Below are positions 30,891 to 42,905 of a stretch of DNA of 64,000 nucleotides, one piece after another. This DNA comes from Nitrospiraceae bacterium. GTDB lineage: Bacteria; Nitrospirota; Nitrospiria; Nitrospirales; Nitrospiraceae. Position 1 is the first letter of the stretch, and each line of letters opens with the position of its first letter. The notes beneath the pieces were generated by a model. That model saw only the letters and a list, made by a program, of their open reading frames with translations, was not told the DNA's origin and made no database searches. Location of the stretch: contig JBFWWG010000002.1 of NCBI GenBank assembly GCA_050246315.1, forward strand, positions 32,001 to 96,000, given 5' to 3'. The position numbers and the translations under genes were made by a program.

Positions 30891-32420
30891 TCAGATGAAC
30901 CGGACCTGGAACATCACGAGAAAGGCGTTATTCGCAAAGGGATCGGTGGCCGAGTTATAAGGTACGCCTGGCCCATAACCTTGATGGTGACGGAACTCAT
31001 AGTTGAACTGAATTTTTGATTGAACTTTCGGAGGGAAATTCTCGAAATAGTACGTTAGTCCGAGGATCGTCCTCGTATACAGATCGTTGGTGGTCGCCGT
31101 GTTGGGATCGAATTGTTCGTACATCACGGTCGGCTCCCAATTCTGAAACCATCCGTCCGTAATTAAGTATTTGCCGAGAACGTACCAGGTGCGGCGCTGC
31201 ACGCCCGGGGCTCCGGATCCGCCGCAGAGGACTTGGTCGAGACAGGCGCCATTGGCCGGACGACCTACTGTCGTCTGGTTGGCGCCATCATGTCCCTGCC
31301 ACCACTCTCCTTGGATCATGAAACCGGGAAACAACTTAGACGTGTATCGAAAATCGACACCATAGCGATCGAACGCGCCCTTTCCGCGCCCGTTGATGTT
31401 GGTGTTGGCGTTGTTGGATTCGCCTTGAATCGTGGTAAAGCTGACCCATGACACGTCGGTTCCGAAGAGACGGACACGGGTATAGAAGCTCTTGGGTGCA
31501 TTGGCCCCTGTCGCGTTTGCATGGTAGTTGTTGTTGTTCATGATTCCAACGACATATTCGAGACGGTTCGCGATCTTACCGCGCATATCGAGAAAAAAGT
31601 CGCGTTCCTGGATGAATTCGATGATGCCGGCCGTCCCTGTCTGGTTGCCGATTCCGGTCCCCACCGCGGTCAGATAAGGAGAACTGATGACATCTCGCAA
31701 GCCTCCCGACGTTTCGGTGAAGATACCGAACGGCATCCGAAAGACGCCGAATCGGAAGAAGTTCAGGTTGGGAGCCCAGGATTGAAACGGACGAAAATCG
31801 ATATAGGATTCACGAAAGAATGTCGCGGCGACCGGCTGTCCCGTCGCCGCCCCGCTCCCACCGGTTGGAGTTTCTTTGCCCAAACTGATGCTTTGAAACT
31901 CGAAAAGAGCGTGCCAGCGTGGGATCATGTCGCTGATTTTTCCCCAGAACAGGAGCTCCGATCGGCGGATTGAAAAGTTGTCCTGACTCTTGCCTTCCGG
32001 GACCTCCGCATCCTGATGCGAGTAGAGGAATTGGAGCGCATTCAGACCGAAATTCACCTTGTCTCGTAGGATCGGCAGGAGTTCGGTCTTGTTCTTCCAG
32101 TCCTCGATGGCATCGATGCGCCTCGCCTGTTCGGCAGCTCGATATTCCTGCTCGGCCCGTATCTGGATCCATTCGTCCATGGTAATGGTGCCTTTTTGGA
32201 GCAAGAGATCTTCGATGGAGGTCCCACCCGGCGGCAACTCCCCGGGTGCCGGTGGACCGGCTGACGGACCCGGAGGCGTGTCCGCTTGGGCCAAGACTGA
32301 TTGAGTCGACCGAGAGACCGGCCGCGTGGGCGATTCCTCCGCGATTGAGCGGCCGGCAAGCAAAGCAAGAACCGTTGCGACGATAGCACTCATCAGTGCG
32401 ACTCGCTGAAATCTGCCCAT
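30891..32420 (-). CDS. Outer-membrane porin, phosphate-selective OprO/OprP-like
   Basis: Signal peptide; LLQKGTITMDEW N-domain; FSIRRSEL..GK, amphipathic beta strands, terminal FQVRFI; phosphate gene context. Confidence 0.7.
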   Translation of the reverse strand: MGRFQRVALMSAIVATVLALLAGRSIAEESPTRPVSRSTQSVLAQADTPPGPSAGPPAPGELPPGGTSIEDLLLQKGTITMDEWIQIRAEQEYRAAEQARRIDAIEDWKNKTELLPILRDKVNFGLNALQFLYSHQDAEVPEGKSQDNFSIRRSELLFWGKISDMIPRWHALFEFQSISLGKETPTGGSGAATGQPVAATFFRESYIDFRPFQSWAPNLNFFRFGVFRMPFGIFTETSGGLRDVISSPYLTAVGTGIGNQTGTAGIIEFIQERDFFLDMRGKIANRLEYVVGIMNNNNYHANATGANAPKSFYTRVRLFGTDVSWVSFTTIQGESNNANTNINGRGKGAFDRYGVDFRYTSKLFPGFMIQGEWWQGHDGANQTTVGRPANGACLDQVLCGGSGAPGVQRRTWYVLGKYLITDGWFQNWEPTVMYEQFDPNTATTNDLYTRTILGLTYYFENFPPKVQSKIQFNYEFRHHQGYGPGVPYNSATDPFANNAFLVMFQVRFI

Positions 32421-32553
32421 TTCGCTCCCTCCACGCGGCGATCTGAAACGGCACCCTGTCTGTTTGGGAACAGACGGCATCGTCAGGTCATTACAGGCCT
32501 CATGCACGATGCCGGCAAGCGATATGGCCCACGACATCGTCCGATATCCGGCA

Positions 32554-33162
32554 TCAAGTAGTAACGAAGCGAGTTGCAAATCGGCGCCACGAGCCGGCTG
32601 AATGCGGAGCCATGTGCCGATTGATCCTTCTCCCGACCGGGTAGACGACCAGTTCGGCGATGCTGGTAGTGTGGTCCGCCACGCGTTCGAATGACTTCGC
32701 GTCGAATGTCAGGCGGATCGCATGGGAAACGGTGCGTGGATCCTCCCGCATGCAGGAGAGCAATTCCCGGAATGGCTGACCCATGAGGGCATCGACGAAG
32801 ACGTCGTCCCTCAGGATGTTCTGCGCGAGGTGGACATCGCCCCTGACAGGGCTGTCGAGGCTTTCCTTGATGCGTTCCGCCAGATCGCTGATGCGCTCGA
32901 GTTCGGGAGAGATTTTCATCGCCGTGGTGATCAGACGGAGATCCCGCGCCGTCGGCTGCTGGAGGGTCAGGAGCCTGATACGATCCTCGTCGATCTCCAC
33001 ATCGAGGGCGTTGATCCGATGGTTCCCCTCGATCACGTGATCGGCAACCGCGGAGTCCCGTCAGGTCAGAGCTTGCAAGACATTCTGGATCTGCCCCTCG
33101 GCCAACCCAACCATTTTCAGCAGCGCCATCAAAATCACGCCCGCTGCAGCGGCATTGTCCAT
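32554..33162 (-). pseudogene. phoU: phoU pseudogene
   Basis: PhoU motifs INALDVEIDE, QPTARDLR, ELERISDLA, ERVADH; in-frame TGA at 33061-33063 and an apparent internal deletion after DLAERI. Confidence 0.82.
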
Positions 33163-33342
33163 AAGATCCTCCCCCGGCTAAACCGTGCTGGGCCCGCCGA
33201 TCTTGATAACGAGCCTTTAGCGGACGAGGCACTGAACTCCAACTCTGTGGCGTACAGAGCGATCGGAACCGTCGTTCCAAGAAGCGCCGGAGAAACAGCG
33301 GTTCCGGCACATCGACTACGGCCGACAGAATGCGGAATCGAC

Positions 33343-33380
33343 ATTACCCGGTCATTATGTGATTGTTAAGAAATGGTTAC
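33343..33380 (-). promoter_or_regulatory. Pho-box-like 11-bp direct repeats upstream of phoU/porin operon
   Basis: Minus-strand TAAC/TAAC/TAAT/TAAT (plus-strand gtta 33376, gtta 33365, atta 33354, atta 33343), exact 11-bp period. Confidence 0.6.
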
Positions 33381-33571
33381 ATCTGATTCACCCTTGAGCC
33401 GGGTGGTCTGAGGTCGGTCGCCAGGCCTCCCTCGCTTGTGCTAAGCTCGAACCCCAGGACGACAGGATTGTCCGCTCTGCTTTGAAACATGGGCGGATCG
33501 GCACGTGAACAGGAGCAGGAGGAACCTCCATTCACCCCGCGCCTCCTTCCCCAATCGCTGCATAGGATCTC

Positions 33572-35125
33572 ATGGCCAAACTCGGTATTCTCGACATCGG
33601 CACCAATTCGATCCACCTCGTTCTTGCCGAGGTCGAATCCGACTTTTCATATAAAATCGTTGATCGACTCAAAGACATCACGCGGTTGGGTGACGGCGCA
33701 TTCGTCGCCAGACGCTTGTCGGATTCGGCTATGGCCCGTGGGTTGGAGGTGGTCCGCAACCTGGTGCGTCTCGCTCGAAACCGAGGATTCGAGCGCATCG
33801 AAGCGGTCGCCACCAGCGCGGTACGGGAGGCCAGAAACGGCGGGCAATTCCTGGAGGAGATCGCACGAGGAACTGGTTTGACCGTCCGCGTGATTACGGG
33901 AGCCGAGGAAGCCCGACTGATTTTCCTGGGCGTTCAACACAGCATGACGCTCACCGAGCGCCCGATCTTGGTCGTCGATGTCGGGGGAGGATCGGTCGAA
34001 CTGGTGGCGGGCAACCGCGATGGTCTGTTACGGGGATGCAGCCTGAAACTGGGCGCCATTCGCCTCAAGGATCTGTACCTGCATCGCAGTCCTAATTCAA
34101 AATCGATGCAAAAGCAGATGCGGGCGCTGATCGGGGCGCAACTGCAGGAAGCTTTCAAGGACTTTCGCCGCACACGGTTCGATCGTATAGTCGCGACCTC
34201 CGGCATGGCAGGCAACATGGCGGAAATCATTCATTTGGAGCGTACCGGGCGACCCCTTCCGCAGCTGAACTTGGCCACGGTCACGTACAAGGAACTCGAT
34301 GCGATGGAGGCGCGCCTGGCCCGGTCCAGCCCCAAGGAACGGTTGGCGATTCCAGGGATCGATGCAAAACGAGTCGATACCCTCTTTCCGGCTGCGGTCG
34401 TACTGCGCATGGTACTCGAGCTCTGTGAAGCGGACGATCTGACCATCAGCGACAAGGCCATAAGGGAAGGCCTGATTTACGATTTTATTCAGCGCCATCG
34501 CGAGAAGATCAAGGCCGAGCAGGAGATACCGGATGTCCGGCGAAGAAACGTTATCGGCCTAGCGAGGCGGTACCAGGTTCCATTGAGTCACGGCGAGCAC
34601 GTGGCCAAGCTGGCGCTTCAACTGTTCGACCAAACCAAGGCCCTTCACGGTTATGGGCGGAGGGAGCGGGAATGGCTGGAATACGCGGCCATGTTGCACG
34701 ATGTCGGCTACATGATTAATCCCCGGCAGCACCACAAACATGCCTATTACTTGATCAAGCACAGCGAGCTGTCGGGATTTCGGTCTGAGGAGATCGAGAT
34801 CATCGCCAATGTCGCACGCTACCACCGGCGCTCGCATCCACACAAGAAACACGGGGTTTACGGAACCTTGTCCGGCTCGTCCCGACGGATCATCGACACG
34901 TTGAGCGCCATGCTACGCGTGGCCGACGGCCTGGATCGTTCCCATTTCGCCGTCACCCGCAGCCTACAGGTCCGCCTTGGAACCACCATCACAATCTCGT
35001 TGCAGACATCCGGCGATGCTGAACTCGAGCTGTGGGCGGCCAAAGGTCGTGCCGACCTGCTCGAGGTGGTGTTGGGCCGCAAGATTCACTTCGTCAAGAT
35101 TCGTGCAAAGGGAGCCGCGGCATGA
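33572..35125 (+). CDS. ppx: Exopolyphosphatase/pppGpp phosphohydrolase with HD domain
   Basis: DIGTNS, ATSAVREA, EEARL, DVGGGSVE, REGL, LHDVG, ADGLD. Confidence 0.93.
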   Translation: MAKLGILDIGTNSIHLVLAEVESDFSYKIVDRLKDITRLGDGAFVARRLSDSAMARGLEVVRNLVRLARNRGFERIEAVATSAVREARNGGQFLEEIARGTGLTVRVITGAEEARLIFLGVQHSMTLTERPILVVDVGGGSVELVAGNRDGLLRGCSLKLGAIRLKDLYLHRSPNSKSMQKQMRALIGAQLQEAFKDFRRTRFDRIVATSGMAGNMAEIIHLERTGRPLPQLNLATVTYKELDAMEARLARSSPKERLAIPGIDAKRVDTLFPAAVVLRMVLELCEADDLTISDKAIREGLIYDFIQRHREKIKAEQEIPDVRRRNVIGLARRYQVPLSHGEHVAKLALQLFDQTKALHGYGRREREWLEYAAMLHDVGYMINPRQHHKHAYYLIKHSELSGFRSEEIEIIANVARYHRRSHPHKKHGVYGTLSGSSRRIIDTLSAMLRVADGLDRSHFAVTRSLQVRLGTTITISLQTSGDAELELWAAKGRADLLEVVLGRKIHFVKIRAKGAAA

Positions 35126-35871
35126 CCGCACAGGTGAGCACGTTCGCGCATCCTCATCCCTATCCGGGGAAATTGATCATCGTCGAAGGCATCGACGGGT
35201 CCGGAAAGAGCACGCAGCTTTCGCTGCTTCAAAAATGGCTGGAGTCGAAAGAATACAAGGTCTTTTTTACGGAATGGAATTCGTCCGAACTCGTCAAGGA
35301 CACCACCAAGCGGGGGAAGAAGAGCAAGTCCTTGACGCCGACCACCTTCAGCCTGCTGCATGCCACCGATTTCGCCACCCGCTTCTACCACGAAATCTTG
35401 CCGCCGTTGAAAGCCGGGATGTTGGTGTTGGCGGATCGCTATGTCTATACCGCGTTCGCGCGCGATGCCGTCCGCGGGGTGTCTCCAGCCTGGGTGCGGA
35501 AGGTCTATCAGTTTGCGGTGCGCCCGGACATGGCCTTCTATTTCAATGTCCCCATCGACCTGGCCATGGGGCGTCTTCTGCGAGGTACGCGCGCCCAACT
35601 CAAATATTACGAGGCCGGCATGGACATGAACCTCCATCCGGATCTGACCGAAAGCTTTCGGATCTTTCAATCACGCATTCTCTTGGAATACGACAAGATC
35701 GTCGGTGAGTACGGCCTGACAGTGATGGACGCGACGAAAGATATCGAGGTCCAGCAAAACGAAATGCGCCGGCTCGTCGATCAGGCGTTGGTCAATTACA
35801 AACCCAAGCGGGGCACGCATGGCAAGCGGACAGTATTTTGGCGACGGTTTAGCGTACGTCGATCCGAGTGA
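35122..35871 (+). CDS. Thymidylate-kinase-like protein 1
   Basis: P-loop EGIDGSGKST and ADRY motif; ATGA-coupled to ppx. Confidence 0.85.
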   Translation: MTAQVSTFAHPHPYPGKLIIVEGIDGSGKSTQLSLLQKWLESKEYKVFFTEWNSSELVKDTTKRGKKSKSLTPTTFSLLHATDFATRFYHEILPPLKAGMLVLADRYVYTAFARDAVRGVSPAWVRKVYQFAVRPDMAFYFNVPIDLAMGRLLRGTRAQLKYYEAGMDMNLHPDLTESFRIFQSRILLEYDKIVGEYGLTVMDATKDIEVQQNEMRRLVDQALVNYKPKRGTHGKRTVFWRRFSVRRSE

Positions 35872-36556
35872 TCTCAAGGGGCAACTGATCGCGATTGAGG
35901 GGACCGACGGGGTCGGCCGCTCCACGCACATCGAATCGCTGCAGGAGTGGCTGGAGGTTCAGGGGTACGGGGTCGTGACGACAGGCTGGACTAGGTCTAC
36001 GCTGATGTCCAAGACCATCGAAATGGCCAAGCAGGGCAACATCCTCGACCGGTGGTCATTCAGCCTCTTGTATGCGACCGATTTTGCGGATCGACTGGAG
36101 CATCAGATCATTCCCGCGCTGCGTTCCGGCTTCATTGTCCTTGCGGACCGGTATATCTACACGGCGTTTGCCCGGGACATCGTTCGGAGCGGCGACCGCA
36201 GGTGGATCAAGGATGTGCTGGGTTTCGCCTTGGTTCCCGATCTCGTGTGCTACCTGCGAATCGACGTGGACACGCTCGCGCTCCGCGTCATTGAAACCAA
36301 GGGCATGGATTTCTGGGAATCGGGCATGGACCTTCGCCTCGGCACGGACCTGTATGACAGCTTCAAGAAATACCAATCGCTCATGATCGAAGAATTTGAC
36401 AAGATGGCCGAAGAATTCGGTTTCGAAGTCGTCGATGCTCGACAACCTCCGGAAGAAATCCAATCGGAGTTGCGTGCGCATATTCAACCGCTGCTAGAGC
36501 GCACGTCCAAGAAGGTCGAATTGCTCGGCACCGACAAAGCTCCCTCCGTGCCATAG
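35819..36556 (+). CDS. Thymidylate-kinase-like protein 2 (P-loop Lys to Arg)
   Basis: EGTDGVGRST and ADRY; paralogous to the upstream gene (shared ATDFA, ADRYxYTAFARD, ExGMD). Confidence 0.85.
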   Translation: MASGQYFGDGLAYVDPSDLKGQLIAIEGTDGVGRSTHIESLQEWLEVQGYGVVTTGWTRSTLMSKTIEMAKQGNILDRWSFSLLYATDFADRLEHQIIPALRSGFIVLADRYIYTAFARDIVRSGDRRWIKDVLGFALVPDLVCYLRIDVDTLALRVIETKGMDFWESGMDLRLGTDLYDSFKKYQSLMIEEFDKMAEEFGFEVVDARQPPEEIQSELRAHIQPLLERTSKKVELLGTDKAPSVP

Positions 36557-36587
36557 GACCGTCTCGGTCTCACTGGGACTTTTCCCT

Positions 36588-37082
36588 TTACAGACCCCGG
36601 AGTACAGCGGGTGGTATCCACCATTCAAGGAGGCCCCTCCCCGGCTTGGGATGGTCCGCAAAAGTGATCAGGCAGGCGCCGGCTTTTTTCATCGTCAGGG
36701 CTGCGGTGGGTTTCCCGAACAGCATGAGGCTCGCAGTCTCGCTGAGGTGCGGTTCATGTCCCACGCAAATAACCGTAGCGTCGTTGGGCAGCGTGGCCAA
36801 CAGTGGGAACACCTTATCAGGCGGACTGTCGGGGATCAGCTCATCGCAGATCCGGGGCGAGGTTTTTATTTTCAGGATGTGGTAGAGAATCTGAGCGGTT
36901 TCATGCGCACGAAGGAAGGGACTGGTCAGGATTTGGGTGGCTCGGATGTCGAAATGGGCAAGGCCTTCGGCGGCCTGCCGCACGCGGTTTTCTCCCTTCT
37001 TGGTCAGGGGCCGTTGCGCATCTTCTCCCTGCCAGTCTTCCCGCGCGGCGGCGATGCCGTGTCTGAATAGGATGCACTGCAT
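36588..37082 (-). CDS. sixA: Phosphohistidine phosphatase SixA family
   Basis: RHG, RPLT, TSPFLRAHETA, VGHEP, KKAG. Confidence 0.9.
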   Translation of the reverse strand: MQCILFRHGIAAAREDWQGEDAQRPLTKKGENRVRQAAEGLAHFDIRATQILTSPFLRAHETAQILYHILKIKTSPRICDELIPDSPPDKVFPLLATLPNDATVICVGHEPHLSETASLMLFGKPTAALTMKKAGACLITFADHPKPGRGLLEWWIPPAVLRGL

Positions 37083-37190
37083 GGTGGGCCGATCTCCTTT
37101 CGCTGGTGAGTCCGGCTGGATTTTATCATCCTTTGGTGTCCTATCGGTAGGTTCAGCCCGCACAAGCCGTCGTCGAGCCGTTGCATCCGC

Positions 37191-37687
37191 TCACGATTTC
37201 CCGACCAGGACGCGTTGGATGGTCTGCACAGCCTCCTCCATCCAGGAACCCTCCGTGGTCTTCTGACGGTCGGCGGCCTCGGCGACCTTCTTGAAGCGCT
37301 CCAACCTCACGGCGGCATCCTTATCACTCGAGGTTGAGACGCTGGCCCGGCGATAGGCGGCAACGGCCTCCGCCATCGATCAAGATCTTCAAGCGTACGC
37401 CCCAGGTAGTGATGGATGGTGATCATCCGACGATTCAGCGGAGCAGCCTGGGTCCCTAAGGCCTAGCGGAAAGCCGCAGCCGCGTCGGGCAATTGTCCGG
37501 TCGTCCGTAGCAAAGACCAAGCTGACCATAGGTCTGTAGGCGTGTCTCCCGTTTCAACCATCGGTGCGCTGGACGATTCGGTCACTTCAGACTCACGATC
37601 CTGTGGCATTGGGACTCCGCCGATTTCCGTAATCTCGTCCGAAAGCGCGTCGTCGGCCGCGATGGCGGCCAGTCCCGTCAGGGCCAT
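37191..37687 (-). pseudogene. Degraded TPR-protein gene
   Basis: Joined reading AAAAFR*ALG...HYLGRTLEDLDR / MAEAVAAYRRA gives TPR motifs with an in-frame TAG (37463-37465) and a frameshift near 37376; 5' limit uncertain. Confidence 0.55.
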
Positions 37688-37970
37688 TTGAAGGAATAGA
37701 CCGTCGTGGTCTCCATCGCACCCTGTTTCGATCAGGAGACGACTCGTCAGGAACGCGTCATCCCGCTGAGCCGCCGACTCAGCGTGGTGTCGCAGATTGG
37801 ATTCACCACCCGAGGGATTCCGCCAGCCATGCGTCAGCTCAGGGCGCAGGCCCGGTCGGTGGTCAGTTTAGGTCCACAGGCCCCTGCCGCAAGCCGATGG
37901 TGAAGGAATTTACCGGTTCCGCAGCGGGTATCGAAGCGATGCGTGACTCCATACTCAGGCCGAAAGCCGA

Positions 37971-39939
<1,969 letters not shown>

Positions 39940-40392
39940 ATGCTGCGCACCCTTTCGGCGGCGAGGGGTGAGATGAACGGCGGACCGGTGTGATGAATTC
40001 AACCTAGCAATAGCCATTCGTGAAGGAAAGCGATTTACAATTCCGAGCACCTGTGGCGGACGGCCGCAACCGATCTGGGATGTCTGCTTGGGCGTCCGAC
40101 CTCAGCACAAATGCTCCGAACGCTGTATTCGGAACCCTTCAGAACGACAACCGGACCGCGGCAGGTCGCACTGAAGCTTGCGCAGAGGCACCGCCGCCGC
40201 ACAGTCTCGATGATCATCCTGGTGTGATTCTTTCTTGTCCCACGGGTTGAATGAGCCCGGTCGGACAGGTGTCATGACCTGCCTGGAGCGCGTCGTCGTC
40301 TCTCGTCGTGATTTGTAGTATTTGATTTGCTATTTGCTTCATCGTCACGCTACGATGACAAATTACACGCCCCAAAAGCGATCCGTCGGTCT

Positions 40393-41289
40393 ATGAAAAA
40401 CCTAAGCCGCCAGGCTGTCGTGTTCGCCTTTGTTGCGATCGCCGCCTTTCTGGTTGCCCATACACTCAACGCCTTTGTCGCACAAGCTCTGCTTCCGCCC
40501 TTAGAGGGGACGGAACGGGCTATCGTGCGTCCTGCTACGGACCGTCATGTTCAGGATCTCCGTCAACTAGCTCGCGAGGTTGAGACCAGCCGCCTGTTTG
40601 CGCTGCCTCCCGCTTCGATGCAGCCCGCACCGGGGAGCCCGGTCTCGGGAGGGCCGATGGGGCAGCCCGCCGTCATGGCCGCGCTCGACGCCGTGAAGAA
40701 GCTCCGGTTGCTCGGAACGGTTGTCGGAGATGGCGCGCAGTCGCTCGCCGTACTGGAGCACTTAACCGGGCGCCGGCAGGCTGCGTATCGAGTGGGCGAT
40801 CAGGTCGAGGGGGTCGGTATGGTCAGCGAGATCCGAAAGGAGTCGATTCTGTTGACGCAAGGGCCGCTCCAGGAGGAATTGTTCTTGGACATTCTCCATC
40901 AGTCGGCTCCGGCCGTGGTTCCTGCCGGAGCGGTCGTGGCGCCGGCCTCGACAACGGGATCCGGACCGTTGCGGCGATCCGTCGATCGAGCTGAGCTGAC
41001 GCAGATGCTGTCGGACGTCCCGAAGTTGATGACGCAAGCACGCGCAATTCCCTATATGAACGAAGGAAAGGTCGATGGGTTTCGCATGGACTTTATCATG
41101 AAGGGCAGCTTCTTCGAGAAAATCGGCCTTCAGGCCGGAGACGTACTGCAACGTATCAACGGGGTGGAACTGCGCGATCCAGGCATGGCGCTGGGCCTCT
41201 TTCAACAATTGAGAAACGAGCAAGTCGTGGCGGTGGATGTGCTTCGCAACAATCAACGCACGACCTTGACCTACGATATCAAAGGGTAG
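40393..41289 (+). CDS. gspC: Type II secretion protein C (with PDZ domain)
   Basis: N-terminal TM, LRLLGTV HR domain, GLQAGDVLQRING PDZ; immediately before the secretin. Confidence 0.85.
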   Translation: MKNLSRQAVVFAFVAIAAFLVAHTLNAFVAQALLPPLEGTERAIVRPATDRHVQDLRQLAREVETSRLFALPPASMQPAPGSPVSGGPMGQPAVMAALDAVKKLRLLGTVVGDGAQSLAVLEHLTGRRQAAYRVGDQVEGVGMVSEIRKESILLTQGPLQEELFLDILHQSAPAVVPAGAVVAPASTTGSGPLRRSVDRAELTQMLSDVPKLMTQARAIPYMNEGKVDGFRMDFIMKGSFFEKIGLQAGDVLQRINGVELRDPGMALGLFQQLRNEQVVAVDVLRNNQRTTLTYDIKG

Positions 41290-41294
41290 GTTTC

Positions 41295-42905
41295 GTGATC
41301 CCGGCTTTTTGTCCCCATCGACCGATCTCGCGCATTCTCAAACTGTACGGCTTGATCCTGCTTCCGCCCTTGTGCATGGGGCTCCTGACAGGGCCGCACC
41401 CGCTCGGAGCGCAGATGTCCACGACGAAACCCAATGGACAGAGCGGACGCGTCACGCTCGATTTCAACGAAGTCGATTTGCCGGTCGTGATCCGCTTTAT
41501 CAGCGAGCTCACGGGAAAGAACATCGTCGTCGACGAAACGGCCAAGAAGAACAGCGGCAAAATAACTATCTTTTCGCCGACGAAGGTCACTGTGGATCAG
41601 GCCTACCAGATGTTTCTCGCAGCCCTGGAAGTGAACCGGCTCACGGCTATTCCCAAAGGCAACGTGGTGGAGATCGTACAAACCGCCGAGGCGCCCCCGG
41701 AGCGCGCGGTGTTCGTCTACAAACTGAGGCATGCGAATGCGACCGATGTGGCGGCCCTTCTGACGAACTTAGTCGCGCGCGCGGCGGCTCAACCGGTCAG
41801 TACCCAACCTGGCGGACGGCCGCCGATTCGCCCGCTCACGGAATTTGAGGCCCCGGTGCAGGTCTTTGCGGACAAGGCCACCAACGCGGTCGTCATCAGC
41901 TCGACCAAGAACGCCTATGTCATGTTGGAAAGCGTGATCCGCGGGCTCGATACGAAGCGCAATCAGGTGTTCGTGGAAGCCGTGATCCTCGAAGTGGGAG
42001 TAGACCGGCTTCGTCAGATCGGCACGGACCCGGTGCAAGCCGTCGGTGCGGCCAAGGCTGGTGACGTCCAAGGTCTGTTCGGTCTCAATCGAGCGCCGGA
42101 AGATATCGCAACCATCGCGCAAATTTTGAGCGGTGCCACATCGGGCAATACCCTCACGATTCTGGATACCCTCAATATTCGAGTGTTTCTGCAACTCCTC
42201 ATGACGATGACTGATACCAACATCCTCTCAACCCCTCAGGTGTTGGCCGCGGACAACCAAAAGGCCAAGATCGTCGTCGGCGAGAATCGGCCTTTCCCCA
42301 CCGGTCAGGCGCAGGGCATCACCGGAGGAACCCTGGTGACCATCGAGCGGAAGGACGTAGGAGTGACCCTGGAAATGACGCCGCAGGTCCTTGACGACGG
42401 GCTCATCCGCATCGAGGTCAAACAGGAGATCACGGCTATTGCGGAGAATGTGTCTCAGACGATCGGAACCGGAACGTCGTCTGTCCCGGTCGGGCCGACG
42501 ACGACCAAGCGAGCCATGGAGACCACGACCGTGGCCAAGGATGGGCAAACCATTGTGGTCGGCGGGTTGGTCCGCGATAACGTGACGCTGATTGAACGAA
42601 AGATCCCTTTACTTGGCGATATTCCATGGCTCGGGTGGCTATTCCGGTTTCAAGGCAAGCAGTCGGAGAAACTGAACCTCCTTGTCTTCTTGACCCCCCA
42701 TCTGGTACGCGATGAAGTTGACATGGTCGAGCTCAACAGGCGCAAAGCGCAAGAGTCGGACCTTGTCCAACGGCTCAACCGAGTTGACGAACCCACCGCC
42801 GCACAACGCAAGATCCTGGAACAACTGATGCCGAAGACCGCTCCGTCGTCCGACACCCTCCCGGAGCCCGGAGAGCCAGCCGAGACTCCGGTTCCCCAGC
42901 CGTAA
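41295..42905 (+). CDS. gspD: Type II secretion secretin
   Basis: TLDFNEVDL...ISELTGKN (N0), YKLRHANA (N3), QVFVEAVILEV, NILSTP, RKDVGVTL, KIPLLGDIPWLGWLF, LLVFLTPH. Confidence 0.93.
   Translation: MIPAFCPHRPISRILKLYGLILLPPLCMGLLTGPHPLGAQMSTTKPNGQSGRVTLDFNEVDLPVVIRFISELTGKNIVVDETAKKNSGKITIFSPTKVTVDQAYQMFLAALEVNRLTAIPKGNVVEIVQTAEAPPERAVFVYKLRHANATDVAALLTNLVARAAAQPVSTQPGGRPPIRPLTEFEAPVQVFADKATNAVVISSTKNAYVMLESVIRGLDTKRNQVFVEAVILEVGVDRLRQIGTDPVQAVGAAKAGDVQGLFGLNRAPEDIATIAQILSGATSGNTLTILDTLNIRVFLQLLMTMTDTNILSTPQVLAADNQKAKIVVGENRPFPTGQAQGITGGTLVTIERKDVGVTLEMTPQVLDDGLIRIEVKQEITAIAENVSQTIGTGTSSVPVGPTTTKRAMETTTVAKDGQTIVVGGLVRDNVTLIERKIPLLGDIPWLGWLFRFQGKQSEKLNLLVFLTPHLVRDEVDMVELNRRKAQESDLVQRLNRVDEPTAAQRKILEQLMPKTAPSSDTLPEPGEPAETPVPQP

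Noticed and set aside
33061..33063. Selenocysteine or readthrough at the phoU TGA
   Set aside because: Not a Cys-equivalent position, and the gene carries additional lesions.
35122..36556. Labelling the pair as ordinary tmk
   Set aside because: Tandem duplication, missing REP motif and the K-to-R P-loop change make canonical dTMP kinase function uncertain.
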